Position numbers and translations under genes: made by a program. Below are positions 24,503-37,649 of a stretch of DNA of 64,000 nt, piece after piece. The notes below the pieces were generated by a model. It was not told the origin of the DNA. It saw only the letters and a program-made list of their open reading frames with translations, and made no database searches. This stretch comes from Epiperipatus broadwayi. Its lineage: Eukaryota; Animalia; Onychophora. The stretch is from the NCBI GenBank assembly GCA_028023455.1, contig JAQFVV010000006.1, positions 8,618,001 to 8,682,000 of the forward strand, written 5' to 3'. Position 1 is the first letter of the stretch; each line of letters begins with the position of its first letter.

Positions 24503-27500
24503 GTAAGTCTTATCTCCTTGAGGATAATATAACTTAAATACACATGTTTAATCAATACTTTGGAAAGTTTGTGCTGATTTTATTTCTCTCAATTGTTAAA
24601 CTTTTAATAATTAATTAAATAATATTCCAGTAATTATATAAATTCTAGCTTGAAATTTTTTTAGCTAATATTAATTTCTCTAATGGATATTCTTTTTCTC
24701 TCGTAATTTGTCATTCATTGACTATTTAGTAATGTAATTTTTACTTTAATGTATATATTTTCAGAATAATAAAAAAAAGATGATTTATTATTTATTTTGT
24801 TATCAAAAATGGAAATAAAATCCATTCTGCTGCCGTTTCATATAAATTTGTAATAGTTATATAAAATATGAATATACAACAAAGATCATTTATGTATAAA
24901 GATTAGATGAGCAAATAGAAAAAAATCTAAAAAACTTAATATGTAATTATAAAGTAATATGTAGCATAAAAAATAAGTTGTATATAAATTGTGAAATTGT
25001 AATATGATTTACTATGAACATACGGGGGAAATAGATAGGTGAAAAAGCCAATGTACATAACAGTACAATTTAATGTGCAAAAAGAAGATAAATCTATGAA
25101 GCAAATTATATTAAGCATAACAAAGATAATTATATGAATATATATAAATTTCAATAAATTTAATTTATAACTGGTCAATTAAATATTAACCTTATCCGAA
25201 TATGAACCGTACTTATTCGTGTGTTTATGGCATTAACTCGCTCTCTAATTGTTATTTTAAAGGTTATTCTGCTGCTTTTTCCAACGAAAAACTACTGAAT
25301 AATGCTGCCATCTTAAGACTAATTTTATAACTAATAACCCAATAATATTTAAATTTAGCACTGTAACAGTCAGATAAAGACTACCTTCGAAGGTACTGAT
25401 TGATTGTTTCTTATTCTCTCCACAGGAGATTGCTTTATCAATTTATTTCTTTGTTTTGATATTCAAAATGAAAACATAAGTTTTAGAATTTTTTATACAT
25501 TTATTATTTTTTTCATAAAACATTTTTAAAATATTTATTTTGGAAGAATAATTTGGATTTTAGTAGAAAATATTTATTTTTACATGAAAGCAAATATTTA
25601 ATGAAATCAATTGGTTGACAAACATACTTCTTATGTTTAACACTATAGATTATTTTCTTCAATTGTAAATAGAAATTTATTTTTTAAAAAAAATTTGTTT
25701 TAATAATCTAAGGAAATATTAATTTGCATTTTAGAAATTAAACTAAAACAAACAGTTTTAAAAGATAAATATATTTTTACTGCTAATTTTGTAATTGACC
25801 AATCAAAAGTTTGGAACTTTAATTTAGTCTGCCAATGAAAATTATGATGTAATATATATAATATGTTTTTATCCTTGTTGTATAATTGTTGTGTTACATT
25901 ATTTGTTTAGTTTATTGGATTTCTAAGAGTTTGTCTAAGTACATCATAATTTTATTGCTTTTATTTATTTTTTAAGATAAAACAATGGATGTCACTATGC
26001 ATGTAATAATAAGAGGGCATAAAGTTAAATGCCAAACAAAACTGTTCTGTATAATTATATATTTTTTAAATCGCTAATTATAGTTTCCATCTATTGACTA
26101 AAACTAAATTTGGAGACATACTACATGAATAAATCGCACTGGTCTCTGAAATTGCAGAATGATTATAGCCAACATGTAGTGCTGTTACACAAAGAAATAA
26201 ATATATGACCCAAGAAACAAATTAATAGTATTAGCTAAACTAGTCACAATTAATAAGTGATTATTGGTTCTAATTTGTAATTACTTCTATCTAGCTTTTT
26301 TTTTTTTAACTACCATTCTTATTAATAATTAAAATCTGTTCTTTTATTGGTTTTATTCTCCATCTGTATGAATATTGAGATAATATGTAATACTTAACTG
26401 TAATTCAGCCTCCAAAATTGGTTTTTATTTTTAAAGATTCTTCTAGGAAAAATACAAACTTCAAAATAAATGATAAAATGTAAAAAAATGTTCAATTTGC
26501 AGAATTTGTGTTGTCTTCAATACCATCAGCTGAATCACTTGAAAAATGTTTAAATTTTAATTGGTTCGAATTTTTTTTTAATATAATATTTTGCCTGCAG
26601 CCATGTTTTGTCACTCATGACAAGGTTAATACACTTTCATTAGGAAAAAAATTTATAGTGCAATAAAATATATTGAAATTGTTGTGTTTTTTTTTTAAAT
26701 ATTTAAAAAAATTTGGTAAACTTAAGCAGTAGTAAGAAAAGGAAAACTTTTCTAATGGAGTAGGAAAGTAGATGCAGCAAAACAGTAGTTATTAAAAGTC
26801 ACTAAAATTTTTATGTCTTTTTTTTCCCCAAGGAAAATTATTCTTAAATGTTATATTTGTCTCCATTTATACTGGATGCTTGGGGTCTGCCCATTGTATG
26901 AAACTTTGTAATGCCCCCCCCCCCCCCAAGAAAAAACTAAACGATAAGAAGTCAAATGTATATATTTCTTACTCATTCTTCTTTTTAAGTCTTCTAATAA
27001 CAAATTTGCTAGAACTTCATGCTTTTTAATTTAAGGGATGTCTTTTTTTTTCTTATTTTTGATCTTTTTAAAATTTTTATTACAAATATAGGAAAAAGTA
27101 ATAAATCGTCCTACATAATCAGAATAATAATTTTGACACACCCCCTCCCATGATAGAAATGTATTTGGAACCAAATAAAATTCATTTAAACTTCATTTCT
27201 ATTATTAAAATGTTTTATGAGTTGTTGTTTTTTTTGTAAAGTATACATAAAACAACAAAATTATATCCCCCCGCCCCACCACACACACACGCACTGTGAC
27301 AAAAAGTAACACGTATGATAACTGTCTATTTGACATTATTACATTTTTCTGGTTTGGATTTTTCTTTAAAAAAATGGTATATACACAGAAAATTTTTTTT
27401 TAAACATATTGTCATCAAAAAACATTTAACTTTAAAAAATGAAAATAAATGTATACGTAAACTATGATAAACTTAATTATTTTTAGTTTTTAAAATAAAA

Positions 27501-29390
27501 GATGCGCAAGCGCAATGACTATTTTAAAAAGGCTCTTTATTTGAACCCTTTTTTTTTTTTTTTTTTTTTTAAAAACAACAATACCTCACTTGGAATTAAA
27601 AAATCGGTATACATTTTAGTTTCAAATTTTTTATTGTTAAAATACCAGTGCAATTGAGCCACTCCCAACTGGTTGATAGCAGCGCCAAAAACAACCTGCA
27701 AAACTGCAGAGCTTTTAATAAGATTAATGCTTAAAAATAATTTACGTAAAAACTAAAATCCATATTATAAGTGTGTGTAATAAATATTAAATATGGATGT
27801 AATATATTTAACCAATTCAATACAGGAATAGATCTCATTCATATCTTATATTGTAAATCAAAATAATATATTTTTTTAAGCCAAAAAAAAGTGTGAAAAA
27901 GTCACAATTGTAAATATAATAAATAAAAGCATGACAGTAATACATTTAGCAGTGAAACATTTCAATGCGAAATAAATATAAATATTTTAACAAATATATA
28001 TATATTTAAAATGTAATTATCTGCAATTATTTATATTTCCCTTTAAATGTAACATTTTTTATGCGGTTTAGTTGCTAAATATATTATTTTCATATTTTTT
28101 TTTTAGATTTCGTAAGCTTATTGCTATGGATTTTAGTTCTTAATAAATTATTTATCGTTAAATTTTTTCTTTGGTCGTATACTATTTGTTCCACTTAGTG
28201 GATAGATGTCAAGCTGTATAAGCAACATTGATTGTTATAGGCCTTTTTAATCTATAATAATAAATGAAAATAAAATCCAAGAAATTATTGGAAAACAAAA
28301 AGAAACGTTTTACATATTCCGTTGATATGCTAAAATATAACGTACTTTTTTAAAATTGAGTTAAAAAAAAAAAAATTAAATCAAAACTTTGGGGGGGGGG
28401 GGTATTAGTAAAAAAAAATTTAACTCTAAATATAGCTTGGCTATTATTTTCTGGTGCTACTAAAAATTGGAATAATTTATTTTTATTGCATTGGAACGAG
28501 TTTGTGAAATAATTATCAATCTAAATCTGGTCCTTATTTTTTTATAGTAATTTATTGTTTTTTTACCTCTTTTTAAAATTTTATTTAAATTAGTAAAATT
28601 TTCAATATTTTATATTTGGATTTTTTTCCCCAAGTAAAGCTAATCGTAAAAAAAAAATATTTTTTTTTAAATCCAAGAAGGGAAATGTCCACTTACAATG
28701 AAAATAAAAAGAATAACTTTCTAAAAATATAACATTATTGAAGTATTTTATATCACCAATCTACCTACCCCCTCTCACCCAACTCATAGCTTAAGAAGAT
28801 CTCAAATTGCATGTAAGGAAACACCTTTGTTTTACTTTAGGACAAATGAAATATTTTTGGCCTAAACATCCTATATTCCACATCTTTACAATAGGGCTAC
28901 AAAGCATCTTGTGTCACATAAATTTGATATTACACTCAAAAAAAAAAAATGTTTATGTATATATATATAAAATGAAAACTAAAATTTTATAAATATAGAT
29001 GCAGCCATATTTTAAATGCTCCATATATAGATTTTTATGCTAGAATATTGGATATTGTTCCTTATTTTTGCTCATAAAGATAGCCTCTTGCATCTCCTTC
29101 CTTCTTTAGTGTTAAATATTTCATATAATATATATATATATATGCTATTAACATCAAAATTACTTTGTAACTTAGTGGTCTATGGACATTGTTAATCCAG
29201 AATTTTCCTCCATTTAGAAATCTTCGTATGGTAGTTTATGTTCGTACTTTTTTTGCTTGCTTACATGCAGATTTCCAGTCTGTGGTTTATTTATAATCAT
29301 AAAATTATATATAATTGCTTTTATTTTCTTTCTGTTTAATCCTTATTATTCTTAATTAAAAGATTTAAATTAAGATGATACACACTAGGC

Positions 29391-29755
29391 CAGGGGTCCC
29401 CAACCCTATGCTCGCGGGCACCATGGTGCCCGCAGACCATTTTACGTGTGCTGCCCGCCGCTATCCGAACACGATAAAAAATTATCCGATACAAATAAAT
29501 TTAATTTTTAAAATTTCTTATAAATTATTGTATTATATTGTAATCAAATTGTAGGCATACTATACTTTTACAGCTAAAAATATAAACATTAATTATATGT
29601 TAAAATTTTATTTTTGAAATAAATATTTTTTTGTACATTGTGTTTATTATTAACAATATCCAACTATAAATTTACATTGAAAAAATAAATGGTGCCCGCT
29701 ACCTGGCCGGTATTATAGAATGTGCTCTTAAGTGCAAAAAGGTTGGGGATCCCTG
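29391..29755. mobile_element. hAT-superfamily MITE
   Basis: TIRs CAGGGGTCCCCAACC / GGTTGGGGATCCCTG (1 mismatch); perfect 8-bp TSD CACTAGGC (29383-29390, 29756-29763); subterminal palindrome GCGGGCACCATGGTGCCCGC. Confidence 0.92.
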
Positions 29756-30849
29756 CACTAGGCTGTATTTAAAATTTGGAACTTCTATTTTGTTATTGCT
29801 TTTGGCATTCTGAGAGATATATTAAGCATCATTTTCCATTTTCTATGCATATTATCAGTCTTATCTCTGAAATTTCCAGATTTTTATTGTGATATAACTT
29901 TATTTTATCATTTCATTTACAAATATCTTAAAAGTCGAATGGATAAATCATCATTCTGTTCAACTACCATTTTCTGAAATCCATTTCAAATCTTTGCTTT
30001 CTTATCACAAGAGAAAATATTGTCTAGTTTATTGTGACTATAATTGCAAGAATTATATTTAAATATATATATATTATTTACAAATTTTAACCATACAAGG
30101 GAGATACATCAAAGATTTCTTTCCATTTTAAAAATTTACAGAATATGAGAAGTACATCTTCTTGAAAGCGCTTAGCCATTTAATTTAGTTTTCAATTTGT
30201 AGTTATAGCTTTACGTTGGAAGTGTGAAAGCACGATTTATTATTATTATATGTACAGTTGTAATATTTTATGAAGTTAGAATATGGATATATATTACTTT
30301 TTTAACATTTCATTTGTTAATCAAATTTTGATGTTTAAAACTGACTTAAGTCAATAGAGTATTTCTTTACTATTACTGAGTTATGCAATACAATAAAATG
30401 CATATAGAAAAAAAATGTGAATTAAATAATAAATTTATAGTAAATGTAGTCTTACTTGTCATTATTTCCGTAAATACACCTAATTCTCTTTTTACATGAT
30501 AGATTGGTTTTTGAAAATAACATGTAAAAAAAAATATACTGAAAATAAGGAGATTGATTCCAAATGTAAGAAATCAATGAAAATAATTAAATCATATAAA
30601 AAATTTTGTTAGAATGTTATATTTTTTGCATGTCATCAAATTTTACTTCATAAACATTGAAAAAAAAAAGAATTATAGTAACATAAATTTTATTTGAAAA
30701 ATTTAAAAAAATGTAAAGAATCGGTGAACATGAAAATGAAGCAGAATTTGTGATTTGAGTTATACATACAAAGATTTTATTTGCTGATACTTTCTGCCAA
30801 TAAACGCATAGATTTGCGCATGATTGGAATACCATTGCTATCACTAAAC

Positions 30850-32480
30850 TTGCATTATCACTGCTATCACTAACAATGCTTTGATCATCGAGTTCTTCCA
30901 TTGATGAAGTTTTCTCTTCTGAACAACATTAGCAATAATGATCTGGTGGTGATGTTACTATCGTATGAACGAATTTACCAATTGATGGCTGGATTCCTAT
31001 AGTGATTAGATCTTTGTATAGTACTCTATAAGAAGACATTAGCGATTTTAGATCTCATAGAAATTTTGAAGTTCGTTCCTCATTAGAATCATACTTGACA
31101 AAATCATCTTTATCATCACTGTCTTCTTAAGAATCGAGAGTTCTAAGAACAATCTCAGCAATTCCTAACTGACAATTCGTTAATGTCTTTAGATGACATG
31201 TCATTGAATCCTTCTCTACCAATTAAGTGGGCCATTATTGTGATGTTGGGAAACTCTCGAATCATATTGGAGACAACAGGATCTTTGGTTTTTGCACATG
31301 AGGACCAAATAACTTTCCAGCATCCATTCAGTGTTGAAGATCTTAATTCAGGTAATGTTAATCCAACTTGACTTACACAATCCAGAATGAAAAATTTAGT
31401 TTGTCCAAAATGTATTGAAATATTCATTTTACATACTTTTTAAATATTGCAATAATTCCTTGGTCTAATGGTTGAATCAAGGACGTGGTCGTAGGCAGCA
31501 GAAAACAAATTTGTACATTTTGGATGTTCCAAGATGAGATGGTTGTAGGCATTATCTAGAATCAATAGAACTTTAAATTCTAGACCTTTGGCATTCATAT
31601 ATTGACCAACTTCTGGAATAAAACATTTATTGAACCATTCCGTAAAAATTTCAGTGGTGATCCAAGCTTTTTTATTTGCTATCCAGTGAACTGGAAATTT
31701 ATTCAAATCCACACATTTCATTGAATATGGTCTTTGTGTACCATTACAAATAGAGGCTTCAATGTGCAATCTCCGGAAGCATTGGAGCAGAATACCAAAG
31801 TGACACGATTTTTTGCTATTTTGAAACCACCAGCAGTTTTCTGCAATTTTGCTATGAAGATTCTGCTTGGCATTCTCTTCCAAAAAAGACCACTTTCATC
31901 AACATTCCAAACTAGATCAGGAGTGTATTCTCCGTCTCGAAAATTTTAGACTTTTTTTGAAAATTTTTTTGCAGCTGCTTTATCTGCAGTTTCACCTTTT
32001 GTTTTAATATTGTGAAAGAAACTGTCATCCATCATGTACTTGCAGAAAATTTATATTCCTTGTTTAACCCAGATGAAGTGCCTGCCTCAGTTTCTTTAAT
32101 TTAATTGTAAATTTTTATTACTGTTTGCTTGATGGCATTTCCATCTTACTGGTACTCTTTTTTTTTTTTTTTTTTTTGACATTTCCTTTATCCACATTAT
32201 TAAGGCTTTTTCCATTTTCTCGTTAACAGTATTTTTTTGTGTAAAATGATGATTTAGCACTCAGTTTTGTTCCTGAACATATTGACTTGCTAGTAGCAGC
32301 TTTATTACCTCTAATAATTACCCTAATCTTATTAATTGCTTCATGTAAATCAAAATGGTTTCCTACAGATGTTGCTTCTTCTCTGGTTGCAAGACGATAT
32401 AAAATTTGAATTTTAGTGTCCAAAGGAAATGCTTTTATCAGTTTTTTTGTAGGTGGATTATTTGATATTATATGAGGCTA
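30850..32480 (-). mobile_element. Tigger/pogo-family DNA transposon, decayed transposase
   Basis: N-terminal HTH (DTKIQILYRLAT), VWNVDESGLFWKRMP, FPVHWIANKKAWITTEIFTEWF, KVLLILDNA and C-terminal ERTSKFL..MSSYRVLYKDL. Many stops and frameshifts; TIRs not located. Confidence 0.88.
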
Positions 32481-34212
32481 CAGAAAAATATTTCAGATTT
32501 AATTATCAAAACATAAATTCAAAAATATGCATCCATTGTATGACTTTTTGGCAAAATTTAATCAATTAACTTTAAACAAAATTACATTTTTTAAACAGTA
32601 ATACCAAGGAACACTTTTTTTTTTTTTAACCTAATGTCAAAATGCAAACAAAGCATTAATATCAAAAAGGTACTTCCCCTTCAGAATAAAACATCAAAAA
32701 TGTTACAATGCAGACAAGCATATGTCCCCATTTGCAAGAATATTCCCAAAAAAAGGGGTTTTTGTTTTTAAAATAATGGGAAATTAAAGAGATGAAACTT
32801 TTTTTTTAATTAGATGATAATAACATGTATATATTTTTTTAGTTTTTTTACCGATTGCTTTATTTTTTGCGTAGAAATAGATTTTTTTTTTAAACTTCTT
32901 ATTTCAAAATTCTGTAAAAAGAGAATTAGGTGTATATAGAGAAGAGCATTTTAAAATGGGAAAATCTTGCTTAATGGTTCTACGATGGTGGTGGTTGTGA
33001 AAACATCGTCTTTCTGTAAAATAATTCATAGAAATTAAAAAAACTATAAGTTTTATTCATTACGTAATTTTAAAATATATATATATGTTTCATTACATAC
33101 AAAAATATTCAATAAATAAATTTGAAATTCTATACATTACCTAAATTATGATTAAACTGAGCTTATTGCTGGCTCATCTAAGAAGACAAAATGCTTTTCA
33201 CATATAAATGTAAATATTCTAACAAAAACAAAAAAATTATAAAGTGTTCTCTAATATTACATTAAATTTAGTAATTTAATTTAATTGGACTGCATCTTTG
33301 TAATTACAGTAAAAATGTTTATACTGTGTGAACCATGTGATATCTGATTGTAACAAAAATAAGTTAGAAAGCATACATTATGTTAATTTAAATGTTTTTT
33401 TTTTTTACATACTTTATTTTAACCAATCATGATTCAGTGGGATGTCAATGCAACATCCTCGTAATTTGACTTCAAGCATTTATTCATCGCAGCTCCAATG
33501 TTGTCACGTCAGCGTTTAAAAGTTTTTAGAAATTTCTAAAAAATAAACCGTTAGATTATTTTACTGCTCATCATTTTTTCTCAATTTTAGACTTATTTTT
33601 TAAATCTGGTATTCAAAATATTCATATATTTTGAATTTAATACTGAGTTAGAAACATTTTCATAAAAAAACATTATAATTGATTATATATATTCTTGATT
33701 TAAGGTGGGCTTTTAGGGAATCATTTTCTAAAAAAGTCAGGTGAGGATAGAGAAGGTTCTGTAACATTGGAAAGTTACTAAAGAACTGGCACTGTTTTAG
33801 TTGAATTATTAATTATTTGAAAAAATGTTGATATTCATAATAGGAGTGATTAATGTAATTTTTTAATGCAAGCCTTATAGTCATGTGACGCTTTGTCTTT
33901 ATGTCTCCACTAATGAAAGTAACAAACTAGTACTATTTTCGAAATTTTAGGTCAACTTCACTTTTACATTAATTAAACTGTATTCTGTTTTTTTATTTTT
34001 TGAAACTGAATTATTGCTGCAATTGTAAAAATTGCTTATATTTCTCATTATTATTGATAAAATCATTTTGGGGCTAATATAAACATAGTGGTATTGAAAA
34101 ACATATATATAACATCTCCATTATTTACATTAATATCATTATATTTTATTTATTATTTGTTTGCTTATAGTATGTTTAATTTGTGTGCTTTTTTTTGTTT
34201 TTTTTTTTGAAG

Positions 34213-34302
34213 GAATCAATCAAGTGAAAATCTTTTAGAAGATAGCACAGCTATTTGGGATTTCACAGAACCAAGTCAAAAAACTACATGTACTTGCTCA
34301 AA
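34213..34302 (+). CDS. MED13: MED13 internal exon (90 bp)
   Basis: AG acceptor after a T-tract, AA|GTAAGT donor, phase 2/2. Encodes NQSSENLLEDSTAIWDFTEPSQKTTCTCS, matching the MED13 WDF-E-TQ---C-C motif. Confidence 0.9.
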
Positions 34303-36317
34303 GTAAGTGGATCCAGAAGTTTTTTTAAATATATTTATAGTACTATTTTTTTAATTTTAATATAAATGGCAATATTGTTTACAGACATCTGTATGCACTC
34401 AATACAACACAGTATCTTTATTCAATTTTCCAATCAGCTGATAGTTTTGACTGTGCGACAATCTTCCTAAGTGGTTTAAGCAGCCTCATTTGCTAATCCT
34501 AAAAGAATATCTTTATTTATAAATGGATTTGCGGAAAGCTCTAAGGGAAAGCTATCGTACAATCAAAATTGTCTGCTGGATTAGAGAAATTAATAAAAAT
34601 ACTGTGTTTTATTCTATAAAGTCTTGTTGATATTAAAAAACTTCTTTTGTGCATGTATTATCGACATAGAGAATTTGTGGAAAAGTTAAATAAAATGAAA
34701 TTAGTGACGTCTGGTAGATAACTGAAAATGGGGGAAAAAGATTTGATTTTGCCAATTACAAGCACAACTAAATTTTCAGTAGCCACAGAGAATATTACAA
34801 AATCCGGAGTAGTCTTTTTATTTTTCACTTGGTAATATTATTTTAATTAAGAAATCACAGACGGGGGGGGGGGGGGGGGGCAATAAATATATCATGTTTT
34901 AGGTGAGGAAAAAAAATTAAAATTAGATATAAAAAGTGATATTTTCTGAGGAAAGGATATATTTTTATTTTTGAAATATTAGTATTTTGTTTTAAAAGTA
35001 ATAATATATTCTTAGAAATTTAACAATTTTAACAAGCCCATAAATAAAATTATCACTTTATCAAATGCATAACGCTGATATTATAAATATGACTCCTAAC
35101 ATTATTATGATAATTTGGAATTTATTATTATATTAAACAACCGCAGGTCAGATAAAAGTATCATTTTTCGTCTAACTTGTTATTCCGTAAATAGATTTCT
35201 AGAAATTTACTATAAAATTTTCTTCAGTCTGTAATGTCATCTGTAATAAGCTTAAGCAACAGTGATTACCAGGTGCTACATCCTTGTAATTCCCCCACAA
35301 TTTTTTGGCTTTAGCTTTAATTAATAGGGCTTGGGGATACAAAACTGGAAATAATATAATTATGCTTACCACCTTTCACCGTATTTGTTACTATTCAAGC
35401 TAAAACCTGACATTTAAAACTTAAACTTAGGGTTTTGAACCCAAGTTGATTTGCCTGAAATTAGATTACGGTTGTTTTTGCTCTATCATATATTGTTTAA
35501 ACTAAAAATGATCTATTGTTTTTTCATATTATTGATTTATTTATTTTTGATTCAGTATTTTATTATAACATAATATTGATACAGCTTTGAAAGTATTGTA
35601 TAGACCTTTAGAATAAATATTGCTCTTTGCAAAACATTACAATATATGCATTTAAAGTGTTAAAATTCTATTTTCATTATGTAAAAAAAAAATAATTGAG
35701 ATTTGTGTTATGTCTCGGCACATAGTTGTTCATTTTCAATATCACTAAAAGTTAAAATAATATAATTTGAATGAATTTTATTTAAAAACTGTGTTGAGTT
35801 TTTGTAGATTTTTTTAGAAATATTGTCATTGTTAGTGGGTTTTTTTCATTTTTCAAAAACATATTACTGCAAAATAAAATTTTCTTTATTATAAGATTTT
35901 TCAGAAATGAAAAATCAAGCAAAAATAAATAACTTCTGGGTGAAAGGCTATTTTAACGTATTTGTTATATATGTGATTTAGGCAATAGAGAAATTGTGAC
36001 AAATGTCTGAAAGGATTGCAATAAGTAATAGAAAGATGATAGAATGAAGATGTTGATATGCTAGTTTTATGGTAAATAGAGCTAAAGGCTTTTGGTGGTT
36101 GTGGGTTTTTTTAGTATATAAGGTTTGATTTTTATTAGATAACTAGTTTTAAAGTTCTTCGTCATGAGGGTTGAATTTATTTATGAAATATTGTAACAAT
36201 TTGAATCGAAGCAATTGGCCTTTTTTATTATTATTATTATTATTATTTAAAGTTTCTTATTTTACTTAATTTAATATTTGAAATACAAGCATAAGTCATA
36301 TAATTGGAGTTTAAATA

Positions 36318-36684
36318 TAATTCATGGGGATTTGAACACAGACTTTCAAGCTTCATTCAATTATCCACTCTATCTCATACAACTGATACACATGACTGCA
36401 CATGTGAAAAAGATAAATAATCTCCAATATACTTATTTTATGCTGAACTAGCATTCATCGTTTGGTCCAGATCATCAACTCCTACAGATAAACCAAGCAC
36501 TGATTATATACGTGTATGGGAGATGATTATCTGTGCCAAGTGTGTGCTGGTTCAGCATGTAATACATATATTGGAGATCATTTATCTTTTTCACATGTGT
36601 ATGGTCATGTATATCGGTTATTTGAGATAGATTGGATAGTTCGACGAAGTTTGAAAGTCTTATGTTCAAATCCCCTAAAATTAA
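36318..36684. mobile_element. Family C head-to-head inverted pair, a decayed hammerhead in each arm
   Basis: Imperfect ~165-bp arms. Minus 36465-36424: CCAA ACGATGA ATGC TAGTTCA GCAT AAA ATAAGTAT A TTGG. Plus 36536-36574: CCAA..GTGC TGGTTCA GCAT GTA ATACATAT A TTGG. Confidence 0.7.
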
Positions 36685-36859
36685 TAACTTAATAATAAAG
36701 TAAAATGATTTTTTTAAAACAATTGCAACCTGTACTTGCTGAAAACACATTTGTCTTTTTGGTTATTAATTGGTAGATTTGTTTAGCATCTTCCATGAAT
36801 GTAAAGACATCCATTATAGTTTGTCCCAGGCCCTGTTTGTATATATTATATCAGCAACA

Positions 36860-37215
36860 GTATTCTGTCCCATGGACAGGGCTAGAGAGTAGTCACATAT
36901 GATCAATTCATACTTTTTTCCCCCCGTTCCATTCTCTTCATTGCCAGCTTTTCAATTTCACGCAACTCTTCCCATCTCTTACATTATTCAACTTTTCCAT
37001 TTTTACCTCCACTCACCATTCCCTCCAAAACATCTTTTATTAAAGTATACTTTCTTCTTAATATATGTTCAATCCAGTTGCTCTTTCTGATTTTCTCAAT
37101 CAATTTTCTTTTTTTATTTACTCTTTTCATAACTACTTCTTCATTTGTTATTTTATTCATCTGTTTTCCCCCATTTTTCTTCATGTCCATATCTCAAAGT
37201 CTTCGAATTTGATTC
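36860..37215 (-). mobile_element. 5'-truncated RTE/BovB-like LINE 3' end
   Basis: ORF 36984-37190 reads KITNEEVVMKRVNKKRKLIEKIRKSNWIEHILRR...DVLEG, typical of RTE ORF C-termini. Confidence 0.7.
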
Positions 37216-37649
37216 TAATTTTATTGCTTATTGTCCATATATTGTGTATAGAAAATAATGGCTCATATTTTGTTCATAGACTTTGCAGTGGAATTGTAAC
37301 CGCGATAATTTGTTGCAAACTTTCTTGAACATTGTGGATAATAACTCAGATTTTGTTGACAAACTTTGATTTCAATACATTTTGTTTATTGTGCTACATG
37401 TATACAGATAAACAAAATTTAAAAAGAAAAAAATTAGCTATTAGTACTAAATTGAAAGAGCGCATTTATATCTATATTTACTGTGTTCACTGAAAGTCTC
37501 GGATCCATAAGTAAGAACTGGTAAAATGTATTTATTTTAAAAAAATCTTACTTTTCACACCCAAATGCATCTTTTTAATTTTTAAGTTATTTCTACCAAA
37601 ATTACTCCACCCAAGAAATAATTATATGATTAATTTTATCCGTTATTGT

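Noticed and set aside
26913-34880. Long poly-C/poly-G runs (also ~4673, ~14923, ~28390)
   Set aside because: Simple homopolymers; G-quadruplex potential exists but there is no positional pattern or supporting evidence.
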